A stretch of 58,680 nucleotides of DNA, filler included, from Malassezia furfur (Eukaryota): assembly GCA_052055015.1 (NCBI GenBank). It is 6 parts of 6 records of this genome, joined end to end, with 100 filler letters (N's around TTAATTAATTAA, not from the genome) between each part and the next. Parts side by side here need not be neighbours in the genome. Positions count along the whole stretch, not along the records: positions 39,284 to 48,940 come from JBQJIT010000414.1; positions 49,041 to 58,680 come from JBQJIT010000415.1; 4 more parts are not named here. The stretch is one strand, 5' to 3'. Shown here piece after piece: positions 42,391 through 53,704 of this stretch. The notes below the pieces were generated by a model. The model was given only the letters and a program-made list of their open reading frames with translations, searched no databases and was not told the DNA's origin. Every line of letters starts with the position of its first letter. Position 1 is the first letter of the stretch. The position numbers and the translations under genes are program-made.

Positions 42391-43094
42391 CTATCGGAGC
42401 TTTTTGTCTTCAAAGAAGGTCTGGGTCAGTGGGACAGTCGACGTACCCGCAAGTTGCTCAGCTGCCAAATGCACGCGACGACCAGCGCAATGATCTGGAT
42501 CAGGATGCACCAGAATGCGCGCGCATTGGTCGACTCGCTCAAATCGCGGAAGCTCATCTCGCGCTCGCGCTGGAACTGCTGCTCCTTGCGCAGGTCGCGC
42601 ATCTTGGCGTTGAGCGAACGCGCACGCGACAGGAGGTCGTTCGAGTGCTCCTTGTCCGCCTGCGTGTTGGGCCGGTGCGAGTCACCGAGCACGACCTCGA
42701 CGTGCATCCGCACCTCGGGCAGGTGGCCGTTGCTCATGCGCTTGCCGTGGTACTCGGTCTGGACGCAGATTTCGTGGTTGCCCGGCTCGTGCGACGTGAA
42801 CGCAAACTTGCCCTCGGGCTTCCCGCGCGCCGACACAAGGATGTGGTCGGTCTCGATGTGCTTCACAACAATGCCGATGCCGATATCGGTGGGTATATCG
42901 TAGTGGGACTGCGTGTCGTCCCACTCTTCCGTGTAGTAGTGGGCGACGACGATCGTGTCCTTTGGCAGCTGCTCGTAAAAACACTTGTTCGCGCCCGCCT
43001 CAAAGTAAAAATAGAGCGGCTGGACGCTCCGCACGAGCGTCAGCACAAACACCGCGAGCCACGCTGGGCTCATACACGCGCGCGGCACCCGCAT
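42391..43094 (-). CDS. p24/emp24/gp25L family cargo receptor, 1 intron
   Basis: Signal peptide, GOLD domain LYFY...KCFYEQLP...FAFTSHEPG.H.IC, EQQFQRERE..FRD.SESTN, TM. A 26-nt intron at 42421-42446 yields the tail TFFEDKKLR. Start 43094 or 43073. Confidence 0.92.
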
Positions 43095-43188
43095 TCCGAC
43101 CGTGTTGGGAAGAAGCGAGCAGCGGCGGCGCACCGCCTCCCGATCGCCCACGTGATCATCGGCACACCCCCACGGCGTCCCTTGGACC

Positions 43189-43787
43189 ATGCCGCCCGCC
43201 GCGTCGCCCGAGGTCGAGCTGCGCCAGATCGGCCTGGGGTTCACGCGGCTTCTGTTCCCGTTCTGGGTGCGCAAGCAGCCGAAGCAGCATCCGCACAAGC
43301 TGCTTAACTCGACCGAGCGTCTCGATCTACGGTACGCCGTCCGCATGCTTACCGCAGCGCGTCGCAGCGCACGTTCGATGGCGCCTACACCCGCGCGGCG
43401 CTCGGTCAACTGTCGTTTGCGCTGGCCGTGATGCGCCTTTTCCAGAAAGAGTTTTTCTGGATCGGGTTCGCGAACTGCATCATGTCACTGGGGCTGTTCA
43501 TCACCGCCGTGCTGCGCTACCGCATGACAATGCAGTATTCGGCCAAGGTCAGCGAGATGGGCACCATGCGCCAGAAGGTCTACGCACAAGATGCAGCGGC
43601 GTCTGCACAGGATGCGGCGGCGCGCTCGACGGCGGACGCGATCGACACGGCGCAGCCGCCGGTCGTTGAGGAGCATTCGTACCTGCTGCTGCCCCGCTTC
43701 CAGACCGCGGGCTACGTGGTCGCATTCGTGACTCTATTTGTGCTTGGCGTGGAAGTCGCCATCATTGTACTTATCCTCACCCTGTAG
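43189..43787 (+). CDS. DUF202-family small membrane protein, 1 intron
   Basis: A 26-nt intron at 43332-43357 gives LRASQRTFDGAYTRAALGQLSFALAVMRLF..EF..IG, with three TM segments. Confidence 0.75.
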
Positions 43788-43932
43788 TTGGCGCGTCCGG
43801 CGTGGCCTTGGCGTAGGACCCTGGCGCGCTCGGACCCCCGCACAGACACGTGACGCTTGCCCCGCCCTGGCGGGTGTGCGTGCCAAGGCCGCACGTCCTT
43901 CTGTGCTTGTTTTGGAATCGTTGCAACCTAGC

Positions 43933-45732
43933 ATGTCGATATCGGCCGTGCAGTCTGTGCCCAGCAGATCCGCTGCGGAGAAGGGTGCTGCACCGCAGCC
44001 CTCGCGCCCGTTTTTTGCGGACGAAGTGGAAGAATTGGGCGACGAGGAGCTCGGCGAAGACGTTGACCTGGGCGTGGGCCAGTATGCCGACGCATTCCGC
44101 GGCAGCAGCGCGGACGAATACACACTTTCCGAGTCACTGCAACAGAGTACGTGGCTGGATGCTCACACAGAAGCCGTGCCGCCGGTGCACACGCGCACGA
44201 TGGCCGCCGCCCAGACGGCCATTCCTGAGCCGGTGCGCAAATACCTCGTTCTGTTCCACCAGGCGATCGTGAGTCACTCGATGCCAGACATGATCCATGC
44301 GTACGAGTCGCACTGGAACCGGCTCACCGAAAAGTACTACCAGCGCACCGAGTGGCCGGATGCCGAGACCATCGCGCCGCTGGTGGGCGACGACGCAACC
44401 TTCCTGATGCTGTACCGCGAGTTGTGGTACCGGCACGTCTACTCGCGCCTCATGCCCGACGGAGAGGACCGGTTCCAGTCATACGACAATTACTGCGACC
44501 TGTTCAACTATATCCTGAACTCGGACGGGCCGGTGCCGTTGGAGCTGCCGGTGCAGTGGCTCTGGGACATGATCGACGAGTTTATCTACCAGTTCCAGTC
44601 CTACTCACAGTGGCGCAACAAGGTACACACCAAAAGCGAGCACGACTTGCAGCTGCTCCAGGATGGCGGAGTGTGGAGCGCGTACAACGTGCTCAACGTC
44701 CTCTACTCGCTTATCCAAAAATCGCGCATCACCGAGCAGCTGATCGCCAGTGACGCGGGCGAGGAGCCCGAGGCGGTCGCGGGTGCGTTCGGCGCGCGGC
44801 CGTTGTACAAGACGCTCGGCTACTTTAGCCTGATTGGCCTGCTGCGCGTGCATGTGCTGCTGGGCGACTATACCTTGGCGCTCAAGACGCTCGACCACCT
44901 CCATCTCCACCAAAAGAATGGCTTCTTGAACCGCGTCACGGCGTGTCATGTCACCGCGTACTATTACGTCGGCTTTGCGTACATGATGCTGCGCCGCTAC
45001 CCCGACGCGATCCGTGCGTTTTCGCACATCCTCGTGTTTGTGATGCGGCTACGGCAGTACCACACGCGGAACTATCAGTACGACCAGATCAACAAAATGT
45101 CCGACCGCATGTATGCACTGCTTGCCATGTGCTGTGCGCTGTGCCCGACGCGCCTCGACGAGAACGTGGCATCGGCGATGCGCGAAAAGTACGGCGAGCA
45201 GTACGCCAAAATGACCCAGGGCGGCGACGATGCACTTCATGCCTACCAAGAGCTGTTCCTCTACGCGTGTCCCAAGTTTCTGACGTGCAATCCCCCGCCC
45301 TACCACGATGCCGATGCGCTCAAGGCGTACGCGCAGGCGCCGCCCCTCGACCCCGTGCAGCACCAGCTGCGGCTCTTTTTGGCCGCGGTCCAGACGCAGC
45401 GGTCCAACGTCTCGATCCGCGCCTTTTTGCGCCTCTACACCGCGCTCGGCACCGACAAGCTCGCGAGCTTCCTCGAGGTCGATGAAGAAGAGGTGCTCGA
45501 GATGCTCATGGTGCTCAAGAGCAGTACGCGGAGCGTCAAGTGGACCGCAGGCGGGCTGCTCGAGGGCGAGGTGGTGCGCACGAGCGACCTTCAGTTTGCG
45601 ATCGACGCCGACATGGTGCAGATCGCGGAGGCGCGGATCGGGCGCCGATACGGCGACTGGTTCGTGCGCAACGCGAGCCGCATGCACGACGTGCTGGTCG
45701 CGTTGCGGCGCAAGCCGCTGCCTGTGCCCTGA
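43933..45732 (+). CDS. EIF3L: Translation initiation factor eIF3 subunit L
   Basis: [63 protein letters not shown]. Probable in-frame 24-nt intron at 44147-44170. Confidence 0.95.
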   Translation: MSISAVQSVPSRSAAEKGAAPQPSRPFFADEVEELGDEELGEDVDLGVGQYADAFRGSSADEYTLSESLQQSTWLDAHTEAVPPVHTRTMAAAQTAIPEPVRKYLVLFHQAIVSHSMPDMIHAYESHWNRLTEKYYQRTEWPDAETIAPLVGDDATFLMLYRELWYRHVYSRLMPDGEDRFQSYDNYCDLFNYILNSDGPVPLELPVQWLWDMIDEFIYQFQSYSQWRNKVHTKSEHDLQLLQDGGVWSAYNVLNVLYSLIQKSRITEQLIASDAGEEPEAVAGAFGARPLYKTLGYFSLIGLLRVHVLLGDYTLALKTLDHLHLHQKNGFLNRVTACHVTAYYYVGFAYMMLRRYPDAIRAFSHILVFVMRLRQYHTRNYQYDQINKMSDRMYALLAMCCALCPTRLDENVASAMREKYGEQYAKMTQGGDDALHAYQELFLYACPKFLTCNPPPYHDADALKAYAQAPPLDPVQHQLRLFLAAVQTQRSNVSIRAFLRLYTALGTDKLASFLEVDEEEVLEMLMVLKSSTRSVKWTAGGLLEGEVVRTSDLQFAIDADMVQIAEARIGRRYGDWFVRNASRMHDVLVALRRKPLPVP

Positions 45733-45754
45733 CGCACGCGACCGGCGCCGCAGC

Positions 45755-45779
45755 GGAAATCGCTGGAACCAGATGGAAT
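45755..45779. promoter_or_regulatory. Step-type heat-shock element (distal)
   Basis: GAA at 45756, 45766 and 45776 (exact 10-bp spacing) upstream of Hsp70. Confidence 0.6.
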
Positions 45780-45866
45780 CGGGTCCACGTGGCCTTGTGC
45801 GCGATGGGCCAATGCACGCCCCTCGCGGCGCGGTCCATGCCACGTGGTGGAGGTGTCGTCGGTGGG

Positions 45867-45907
45867 CGAAGCGCACCGAAGCAAACCGAATCTTTCGTGC
45901 GGATTCT
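45867..45907. promoter_or_regulatory. Step-type heat-shock element (proximal)
   Basis: GAA at 45868, 45878 and 45888, then TTC at 45894 and 45904. Confidence 0.6.
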
Positions 45908-45967
45908 ACGGGATGCGGGCAAGTGCCACGGCCAGGCCCGTGCTGGGGCACGGCCCTTAGGCGCAGA

Positions 45968-45974
45968 TATAAAA
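45968..45974 (+). promoter_or_regulatory. TATA box of Hsp70
   Basis: TATAAAA about 40 nt upstream of the ATG; the only canonical TATA I noticed upstream of a gene in the window. Confidence 0.75.
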
Positions 45975-46013
45975 CATAGGGGTCCCACCCGAGGGTCCAC
46001 CTCACCAAACATC

Positions 46014-47921
46014 ATGACAAAGGCTATTGGTATTGACTTGGGTACTACCTACTCGTGTGTGGCCGTTTGGCAGAATGACCGTGTTGAGGTCATTGCCAAC
46101 GACCAGGGCAACCGTACGACGCCCTCGTACGTTGCCTTCACCGACACCGAGCGTCTCATCGGTGACGCCGCCAAGAACCAGGTGGCGATGAACCCGCATA
46201 ACACCGTCTTCGACGCCAAGCGTCTCATCGGTCGCAAGTTCGAGGACCCTGAGGTGCAGGCCGACATGAAGCACTGGCCCTTCACGGTCGTTGCCCGCGA
46301 TGGCAAGCCCGTCATCCAGGTGGAATACAAGGGTGAGAAGAAGACCTTCACCCCTGAGGAGATCTCGGCCATGGTCCTCACCAAGATGCGCGAGATCGCC
46401 GAGGCCTACCTCGGTGGCACCGTGAAGGACGCCGTGATCACGGTCCCTGCCTACTTCAACGACTCGCAGCGCCAGGCTACCAAGGACGCTGGTGTGATTG
46501 CCGGCCTCAACGTGCTCCGTATCATCAACGAGCCCACCGCGGCCGCGATTGCGTACGGTCTCGACAAGAAGTCGGAGGCCGAGAAGAACGTGCTCATCTT
46601 TGACTTGGGTGGTGGCACGTTCGATGTGTCGCTCCTGACCATTGAGGAGGGCATCTTCGAGGTCAAGGCCACCGCCGGTGACACGCACCTGGGTGGTGAG
46701 GACTTTGACAACCGCCTGGTCAACTTCTTCGTCCAGGAGTTCAAGCGCAAGTTCAAGAAGGACCTTACCACGAACGCCCGTGCGCTCCGCCGTCTGCGCA
46801 CGGCCGCCGAGCGTGCCAAGCGCACCCTGTCGTCCTCGGCGCAGACCAGCATCGAGATCGACTCGCTCTTTGAGGGCATCGACTTCTACACTTCGATCAC
46901 GCGCGCCCGCTTCGACGAGCTGTGCGGTGACCTCTTCCAGGCGACGCTCCAGCCCGTCGAGAAGGTGCTGCGTGACGCCAAGATCGACAAGAGCCAGGTG
47001 AACGACATTGTGCTGGTCGGTGGCTCGACCCGTATTCCCCGCGTGCAGAAGCTCCTGAGCGACTTCTTCAACGGCAAGGACCTCAACAAGTCGATCAACC
47101 CCGACGAGGCCGTTGCCTACGGTGCCGCGGTCCAGGCTGCCATCCTCACGGGTGACACCTCGGAGAAGACGCAGGACCTGCTCCTGCTCGATGTGGCGCC
47201 GCTCTCGATGGGTATCGAGACCGCCGGCGGTGTCTTCACGCCGCTCATCAAGCGCAACACCACGGTGCCGACCAAGAAGTCGGAGGTCTTCTCGACCTAC
47301 GCCGACAACCAGCCCGGTGTGTTGATCCAGGTGTTCGAGGGTGAGCGTGCCCGCACCAAGGACAACAACCTGCTCGGCAAGTTTGAGCTGTCGGGCATTC
47401 CCCCGGCGCCCCGTGGTGTGCCCCAGATTGAGGTGACGTTCGACGTGGACGCCAACGCCATCCTCAACGTGTCGGCTGCCGACAAGACGACCGGCAAGTC
47501 GGAGAAGATCACGATCACCAACGACAAGGGTCGCCTGTCGAAGGAGGACATTGAGCGCATGGTCGCCGACGCCGAGAAGTACAAGGCGGAGGACGAGGCG
47601 GCTGCGGAGCGCATCCAGGCCAAGAACGGCCTCGAGTCGTACACCTACAACCTCCGCAACTCGCTCAACGAGGAGGGTCTCTCGAGCAAGCTCGAGGCCT
47701 CGGACAAGGAGAACCTCAAGAAGGCGATTGACGAGACCATTGAGTGGCTCGACCACAGCCAGGAGGGCTCCATTGACGAGTACAAGGAGAAGCAGAAGGA
47801 GCTCGAGGAGATTGCCAACCCCATCCTCCAGAAGGCCTACGGCGCTGCGGGCGGTGCGCCCCCGCAGGCTGGCGGCGCCCCGGCGGACGAGAGCGGTCCT
47901 CAGGTCGAGGAGATCGACTAA
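46014..47921 (+). CDS. SSA1: Cytosolic Hsp70 (Ssa family), intronless
   Basis: [39 protein letters not shown]-terminal GPQVEEID; high-expression codon usage. Confidence 0.97.
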   Translation: MTKAIGIDLGTTYSCVAVWQNDRVEVIANDQGNRTTPSYVAFTDTERLIGDAAKNQVAMNPHNTVFDAKRLIGRKFEDPEVQADMKHWPFTVVARDGKPVIQVEYKGEKKTFTPEEISAMVLTKMREIAEAYLGGTVKDAVITVPAYFNDSQRQATKDAGVIAGLNVLRIINEPTAAAIAYGLDKKSEAEKNVLIFDLGGGTFDVSLLTIEEGIFEVKATAGDTHLGGEDFDNRLVNFFVQEFKRKFKKDLTTNARALRRLRTAAERAKRTLSSSAQTSIEIDSLFEGIDFYTSITRARFDELCGDLFQATLQPVEKVLRDAKIDKSQVNDIVLVGGSTRIPRVQKLLSDFFNGKDLNKSINPDEAVAYGAAVQAAILTGDTSEKTQDLLLLDVAPLSMGIETAGGVFTPLIKRNTTVPTKKSEVFSTYADNQPGVLIQVFEGERARTKDNNLLGKFELSGIPPAPRGVPQIEVTFDVDANAILNVSAADKTTGKSEKITITNDKGRLSKEDIERMVADAEKYKAEDEAAAERIQAKNGLESYTYNLRNSLNEEGLSSKLEASDKENLKKAIDETIEWLDHSQEGSIDEYKEKQKELEEIANPILQKAYGAAGGAPPQAGGAPADESGPQVEEID

Positions 47922-48273
47922 ATGCGCACATGACTTTGTAGCATCCCAGATATCCCCCCTAGTAATCTAAGTGGTTATGTGACGAAAAAAACAAGTGTGG
48001 AGAAGAAAAAATTAGAGAAGTCTTTGGCCTCTTAGAAGGGGCGGGACTTGGTCGCGCCTACGGCGGGCCTAAGGGGCTGCCATCTGGTTTGACCCAAGGT
48101 TCAGCACCACGGTCGAGGGCCTGGCACTACGGGGCAGATCAAGGCCCGGGTAGCCGACTTGGGCGTGCCCGCGCGCGCCAGGCCCGGTCGGTCGGCCTGG
48201 CGCCGGGCCGCGGGGGCCAGGACCGTTCCTATGCATAGCACACCTGCTCTTGTACATTCTGTCTAGCACGCTG

Positions 48274-48940
48274 CTAAAACTTGCGCTGAATCGGATCGAT
48301 GCGCTGTCCCATCTTGGTCGTGACGCGCGGGAGCGTGAGGCGCTGGTGCTGCGTCCGGGTGTTCCACTCGGACCCAATGGGCTGGCGCATCGCCGCTTCG
48401 TACTGCGCCGCGCTGGTATACGGGTACGGCAGGTCCTTGGCTTTGAACTTGGCCGCCTTCTTGTCGAGCCGCTCGTTGATGATCACGTTGTCCATCGCGC
48501 GGTCCTTGCGCTGCGCCGGGTCGAGGCCCGGCACGTGGCGTACGTGCTCGGGCTTCTTGGGCTTGCGGCGCGCGCCCTTGCCGCCCCACGCGCCCCACCC
48601 GGGCAGCTCGGTGGACTCGTCGCGCGGCGCCTCGGCACGCACTGCGCGCTGCTTTTCGCGCGCAAAGTCGAGCGTCACGTCGTCGCCCGCAAACGCCTCG
48701 GACACGAGGTCGCGCTGCTGCATCGGGAGCAGCGTCGAGGCGCGCTTGCCGCGCCCCCGCTTGCCGCGCGCATGCTTGCTCGGCACCTCGACCATCTCGT
48801 CGCCGCTCGCCTCCGAGGCGCTCGGCGCGTCGTCGGCCGCACGCGCGAGGTGTGCGTCGGGCTCGATCGCGAGCGCCGCGTCGTCGGCCGCGGCGTCGCG
48901 CGCCACGAACCAGGTCCTCGTGGGCAAGGACAGCAGCGCG
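48274..48940 (-). CDS. UTP14: SSU processome protein Utp14, C-terminal part (5'-partial)
   Basis: QRDLVSEAFAGDDV..DF..EK, LPGWGAWGG, RKD....VIINE, LPYPY....QYE..MR.PIG.EWN, G..IDPI. Confidence 0.93.
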
Positions 48941-49040
48941 NNNNNNNNNNNNNNNNNNNNNNNNNNNNNNNNNNNNNNNNNNNNTTAATTAATTAANNNN
49001 NNNNNNNNNNNNNNNNNNNNNNNNNNNNNNNNNNNNNNNN
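48941..49040. other. Artificial contig spacer
   Basis: N44-TTAATTAATTAA-N44. Confidence 0.99.
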
Positions 49041-50533
49041 GTCCGGGCAAGGGCTGGGACGAGTCGGCGTTTGTCACGTCGCGGCCCAAGCTCGTCGCGC
49101 AGCGCACGCAGGCCCCGTCGTCGGCGACACGCGCCCAGGCACCTCCCGCTGCACCGGCCGCACGGCGTCCGTCGCAGCAGTACGAGCGTGCGCGCGATGA
49201 CGCACGCACCCCGCCGCGTGAGCGCACCAGCTGGCTTGCGGGCCTGTTCAAGCCGCACGAAGGCTCCACCGCACGGCGGCTGTCCAAGCGCCTGTCGATG
49301 CCGCTCGTCGGTGCACCGCCGTCGCGCTCGGCAGCACGCATGACAAGCGGCGGCACCGCACGCACTGCCTCGACGCAGCGTGTGCGCCCCACGATCGTGC
49401 TCACCCAGTCTGCCGACGCTCGGACGTCATGGGGGGCCGACGCCGAGACCAACGACGACGCAGATGCCTCGACGCATACGGTGATTGACACCCAGGCGGC
49501 ACCTGCGCAGGACTCCACGGTGCACAGCAGCGCATACGCCGAGCACAGCGCAGACGCGAGGCTCGAGGCGTACCCCCCGCCGGCACACGCCGACGGTGCG
49601 TGGGCGGCAGACCCAGGCGCAGCGGCACCGGTGCCGCCGAGCGCTTCGCAGCCAGTCGGCTGGGACACTGCCGAGGCGTCTGGGGCGTGGAATGTGGCGC
49701 AGCCAACGTACCCGACTGCCGAGGCGTCCGCGGCGTGGAATGCGGCGCAGCCGTCGTATCCGACCGCCGAGGCGTCCGCGGCGTGGAATGCGGCGCAGCC
49801 GTCGTACCCGACCGCCGATACGTCTGCGGTGTGGAACGCAGCGCAGCCGTCGTACCCGCCCGTCGCGGCGTCTTCGAGCGAGGCCACAGGGCTGGCGCCA
49901 GCGCTGTCGTACCCGACCACTGAGGCGTCCGCGGGTTGGAATGCAGCGCAGCCGTCGTATCCGACCGCCGAGGCGTCCTCGAGCGAGGCCACAGGACTGG
50001 CGCCAGCGCTGTCGTACCTGCACGTGCCTGTCGTGCCGTGGCCGACGTACCTCTCCCATGATACCAGCTCGCCCAGCGAGCGCGCTGCGCCACGCGCGTA
50101 TGCACCTCCCGAAATACCTGTGCGGCGCACCGATGCGTCGGTACGCGCGCAACGGCACTGGAGCATGCCGACGTCGCTCGCCGGCGCGCTCTTCCCCCCA
50201 GCCGACACCTCGCCGCAGCTCGCGCCGCCGATCGGCGCGGTAGCGGGCCGTGCCGCGTCGCCGTTCCTGCCCGCGCTCTTCCTAGCGCCGGCGTCTGGTG
50301 CGCCGCGCGCCGTGTCGACGCCCGTGCGCCCTGCGCCGCAGCGCTCGGCGTCTGGCGCGTTCAAGTGGCGCGCACCTGGCTCGTTTACAGCGCGCCGGCG
50401 GTCGCAACCCCTGCCGCCGCTGCGGCCGCCCCCCGAAAGCGGACTCCCGCCGATCCCCGACGTGCCGGACACCTCGGGGTCGCTGCCGATGAGCGAACGA
50501 AGTGGAAATGAAGCGTTCGGCTTCGCCGTATAG
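49041..50533 (+). CDS. Low-complexity Ala/Pro/Ser-rich hypothetical protein with internal repeats, 5'-partial
   Basis: Frame is open from the contig start (PGKGWDESAF...) through the 49298 ORF to a TAG. Confidence 0.65.
49667..50018 (+). repeat. Coding minisatellite, 48-nt unit (WNAAQPSYPTAEASAA) with a 105-nt higher-order duplication
   Basis: TGGAAY unit starts at 49688, 49736, 49784, 49832 and 49937. Confidence 0.92.
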
Positions 50534-50543
50534 CTATGTACAG

Positions 50544-52290
50544 TCATTCCATCTCACGCCCCCCCGACGCATGCTCCGCGAGCGAGTGGGTCTTTTGCCA
50601 CGACTCGAGCACGAGCTGGAGACGCATGCGTGCGGCGTGCAGCGCTTCCTGGTCGCCTGGCGCATCGGCCGGCCCCAGCTGCTTGTTGCGTACGCCTTCC
50701 TGCAGGAGCAGCGTCCAGAGTTTGTGTACCTGCCGGCCGTAGCGCTCCTGCGCGGCGATGCCTGCCACCTCCAGGAAGGTGCACCACAGCGACGCGACGA
50801 GTGACTGCCGCGCGACCGGCGGCGTGGTGCACCGCACCTGCCACGTCCACATCCGCGCCGGGCGCAGCACCTCAGGCACGGACTGCGCCGCGTCGGGCAG
50901 TGACACGGACGGCGGCAGGCCGCTGCACTGGACGACGGACGGCAGTGCTGTTTGCAGGCACGCAAAGTACAGGGCTGCGATGCCCGCCATGCGCGACACA
51001 TACATGTGCGTCGACTCCTCCGTGTCCGGGCGGAACCCGAGCATCTTGCGATACGTGCGCTCGTCGGTGTCGGTCGGGCGTTCGGGCACATAGCCCAGTA
51101 CATACGGACACTTTTTCACGAGGCGCGCCATGAGCACATGGCCCAACTCGCCGTGGCCGCGCAGCATGAGCCCGAGCGCGGTGCGTGCGAGGGGGTACGC
51201 CGTCTCCTGCCGAGCGGCGACCTCCTGCTCCGCCTGCCGGATAAGGCCCTTGGCGAGGTGGTTGAGGGTCCAGTAGTAGAGGAAGCGCTGCGCCTGCGTA
51301 TCCGGTACGTCCTTGGCCTCTTGCAGCACGGTGTGGATCGCGTTGGTGATGCGCGCAATCTCGGCCTGCGTGTTGGTCAGCTGTCCAATCTTGGGCGTGA
51401 TGGCGCGCTTCGCAGCAAAGCACTGCTTCCGCCATGCCGGATTCGCCGCGACTGCCGGCAGGATTTCCTCCTTGATCGTGCGCATCTCGGCCTGCCAGTG
51501 CGCATACTCCTTCGCGGCGATCGGCCAGATGCGCTCGCCTCCGCGCATCGTATTGTACACGCCCTCTTTCTGGGCGAGCTCGGCGAGCTCCTTTTCCTTG
51601 GCGGCCGCACGCGCCTTTTCCTCTTCGGCTGCGCGCTTCTCGCGCTCGATGCGCGCGAGTTCGGCCTCGCGCGCGCGCTTTGCCTCGGCCTTGGCCTGCT
51701 CCTGGCGCTTGCGTGCGTGGGCGAGCTGCTCGGCCTCGTGTGCCGCGCGCTTTTCGGCGTCGCGGATCGCCTGCTCGATGCCCTCCCAAAGCGACGCGTT
51801 GCGCTGGTCGAACGACTCGCGCTCGATGCGCTCAGATTCCTTCTGCTGCAGCTGGAAGCGAGAAAGCAGGTCCGACACCTCCTGGACGCTGCGGTCTGCG
51901 GCGCGCGGCGTCGAGGCGTGCCGCACACGCACGGGGCCCTGGTGAAAGATGGGCCGCTGGGTCAGTAAGCACGCGACGTACCCATGCACGTCGCCGGCTC
52001 TCGGCCTCCCATGCCTCCCATGGATCGAGTTCGTTTGCGAGCCGCACGGCAGACAGGTCAGCGGCGTGCTCGCCCGCGTCGGTATCGTCGTCGTCGTCGT
52101 CGTCGCTCGCAAGGTCGGCCCACCACTTGGGCCGCGGCACATCGCGCCAGTTGACGGGATCGGTATCGCTCTCATCGTCCGACGACTCGTACACGTAGCG
52201 CCCTGTCGGCTTGCGCGGCGCCAATGCGTCCATGCGCGGCGCGCGCTCTGCACGCTCGGTCCGCGCCGGCGTCGTCCGCCGAGCAGCCAT
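50544..52290 (-). CDS. GLE1: mRNA export factor Gle1, 1 intron
   Basis: Coiled coil, then KIGQLTN, WTLNHLAK..I.QAE.EV, AYPLA, LMARLVKKCPY, Y..RM.GI.ALY.A. 25-nt intron at 51957-51981. Start 52290 or 52233. Confidence 0.88.
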
Positions 52291-52325
52291 CGTCGTCGCG
52301 ACGACGCCCGATCGCCCGATGCACA

Positions 52326-53667
52326 ATGCCACCAGCCGCGTACGACGTGCTGGCGCTGTCGCCGCAGTGCCCGGTGGTGCTGCCGCTGACCATTGCGCAC
52401 CAGTGCGGACAGGCGTTCCGGTGGCGCAAGGTGCTTGTGCCTGCGAGGGGCAAGGAGCCGCGGCGACTCGAGTGGTCGCTGTGCCTGCGTGACCGCGTCG
52501 TGTTCGTCACGCACGATCGTGCGTCGCATGCGCTGCTGCACCGCACCGTGTATGCGCCCAACGCGGCGCGCACCGACACAGCGAGCTGGCTACGAGACTA
52601 CCTAAACCTCGACACGCCCGCGGCGACGTGGTTCGAAGAGTGGAGCGCCAAGGACCCCGTCTTTGCGAAACATGCCCAGCGGTTTGCGGGGGGCAACATC
52701 CTGCGGCAGGACCCGTGGGAGTGCATGTGCGCGTACGTGCCCCGGCTCACACAGCTTTATCTGCAGCTCCAACAACAACATCCCGCGCATCAGCCAGATG
52801 GTGCACAAGCTGTGTGAGCACTTTTCGCCGTGCCTGCATGTCGAAGACTACCCACCAGGCGCCCGCCTGTGTCATACCCTCGACATGAACGAGCTTGCGG
52901 ACGAGCCAGAGAAGCATGTGTCGCTTGCGTACCATCCCTTCCCGCCGCCCACGCGGCTCGCGCAGCCCGACGTAGAGGGACGGCTGCGTGCGTTGGGATT
53001 CGGGTACCGAGCCAAGTACCTCGCACAGACCGCCGCGATGCTGTGCGAAAAAGCACGCGAAGCACTCCCTTTGGGTGCGCCCGACGAGAAGGTCGACGAG
53101 GCCGTGTATGCCGAGCTGTTGCAGCTGCGCCACCTGTCGTACTATGACGCTCGTGAACGGCTGCTGCCCCTTGCCGGCATCGGCCCTAAAGTCGCCGACT
53201 GCATACTGCTCATGTCGCTTGACCAAGCGAGCAGCATTCCCGTGGACCGCCACGTATTCCAGTTTGCCGAGCGGTGGTACGGCATCCGCACGAAACGGTA
53301 CGAAGAGGTCGCCGACCGCCTGCGTGCCATCTGGGGCGAGCGTGCGGGCTGGGCGCACTCGGTACGTCGCGAGACTGACCCCCAGTTCCTGTTCTATGCC
53401 GACCTTCCCTCGCTGCTCGCGTACGAGCCGGATGCCGACGTGAAGGTGGAGCCCAAGGCGGAGCCGGGCGAGGCACCGAACGCAGAGGACTGCGCGCACG
53501 ACACCGATACGAAGCCCAAAGTGGAAGGGGCGCATGATGACATGCCCGCGCCCGCCTCTGTCAAGCTCGAAGATACCGACGGCGTGGTGCCTGCGGACCC
53601 CGCTGGGCGCGACAGCCGCGCCCGCGACGCCATAGAGACTCCTAGCAAACGCGCACGGACCGCGTAG
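52326..53667 (+). CDS. OGG1: 8-oxoguanine DNA glycosylase/AP lyase, 2 introns
   Basis: CGQAFRW, ILRQDPWE..AFICSSNNNIPRI, LGFGYRAKY, HhH-GPD GIGPKVADC...IPVD.H, AGWAHS. Introns 52733-52754 and 53362-53385. Confidence 0.95.
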
Positions 53668-53704
53668 CGCGGCGGAGTGCTGCTTTCCTCCACATATCAA
53701 CACG

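Noticed and set aside
46002..47756. 584-aa ORF antisense to Hsp70
   Set aside because: Well-known antisense open frame of codon-biased hsp70 genes; no independent evidence of coding.
47907..47921. Hsp70 ending EEID rather than EEVD
   Set aside because: Conservative variant; not enough to suggest altered function.
48115..48160. TPP-riboswitch-like words on the minus strand (TACCCG...CTTGATCTG...TGCCAG)
   Set aside because: Lacks the CTGAGA pyrimidine-binding motif and the closing P1 pairing, and no thiamine gene is adjacent.
9769..49040. Five regularly spaced TTAATTAATTAA palindromes about 9.8 kb apart
   Set aside because: Artificial linkers flanked by Ns between size-sorted contigs; no gene-neighbourhood inference across them is valid.
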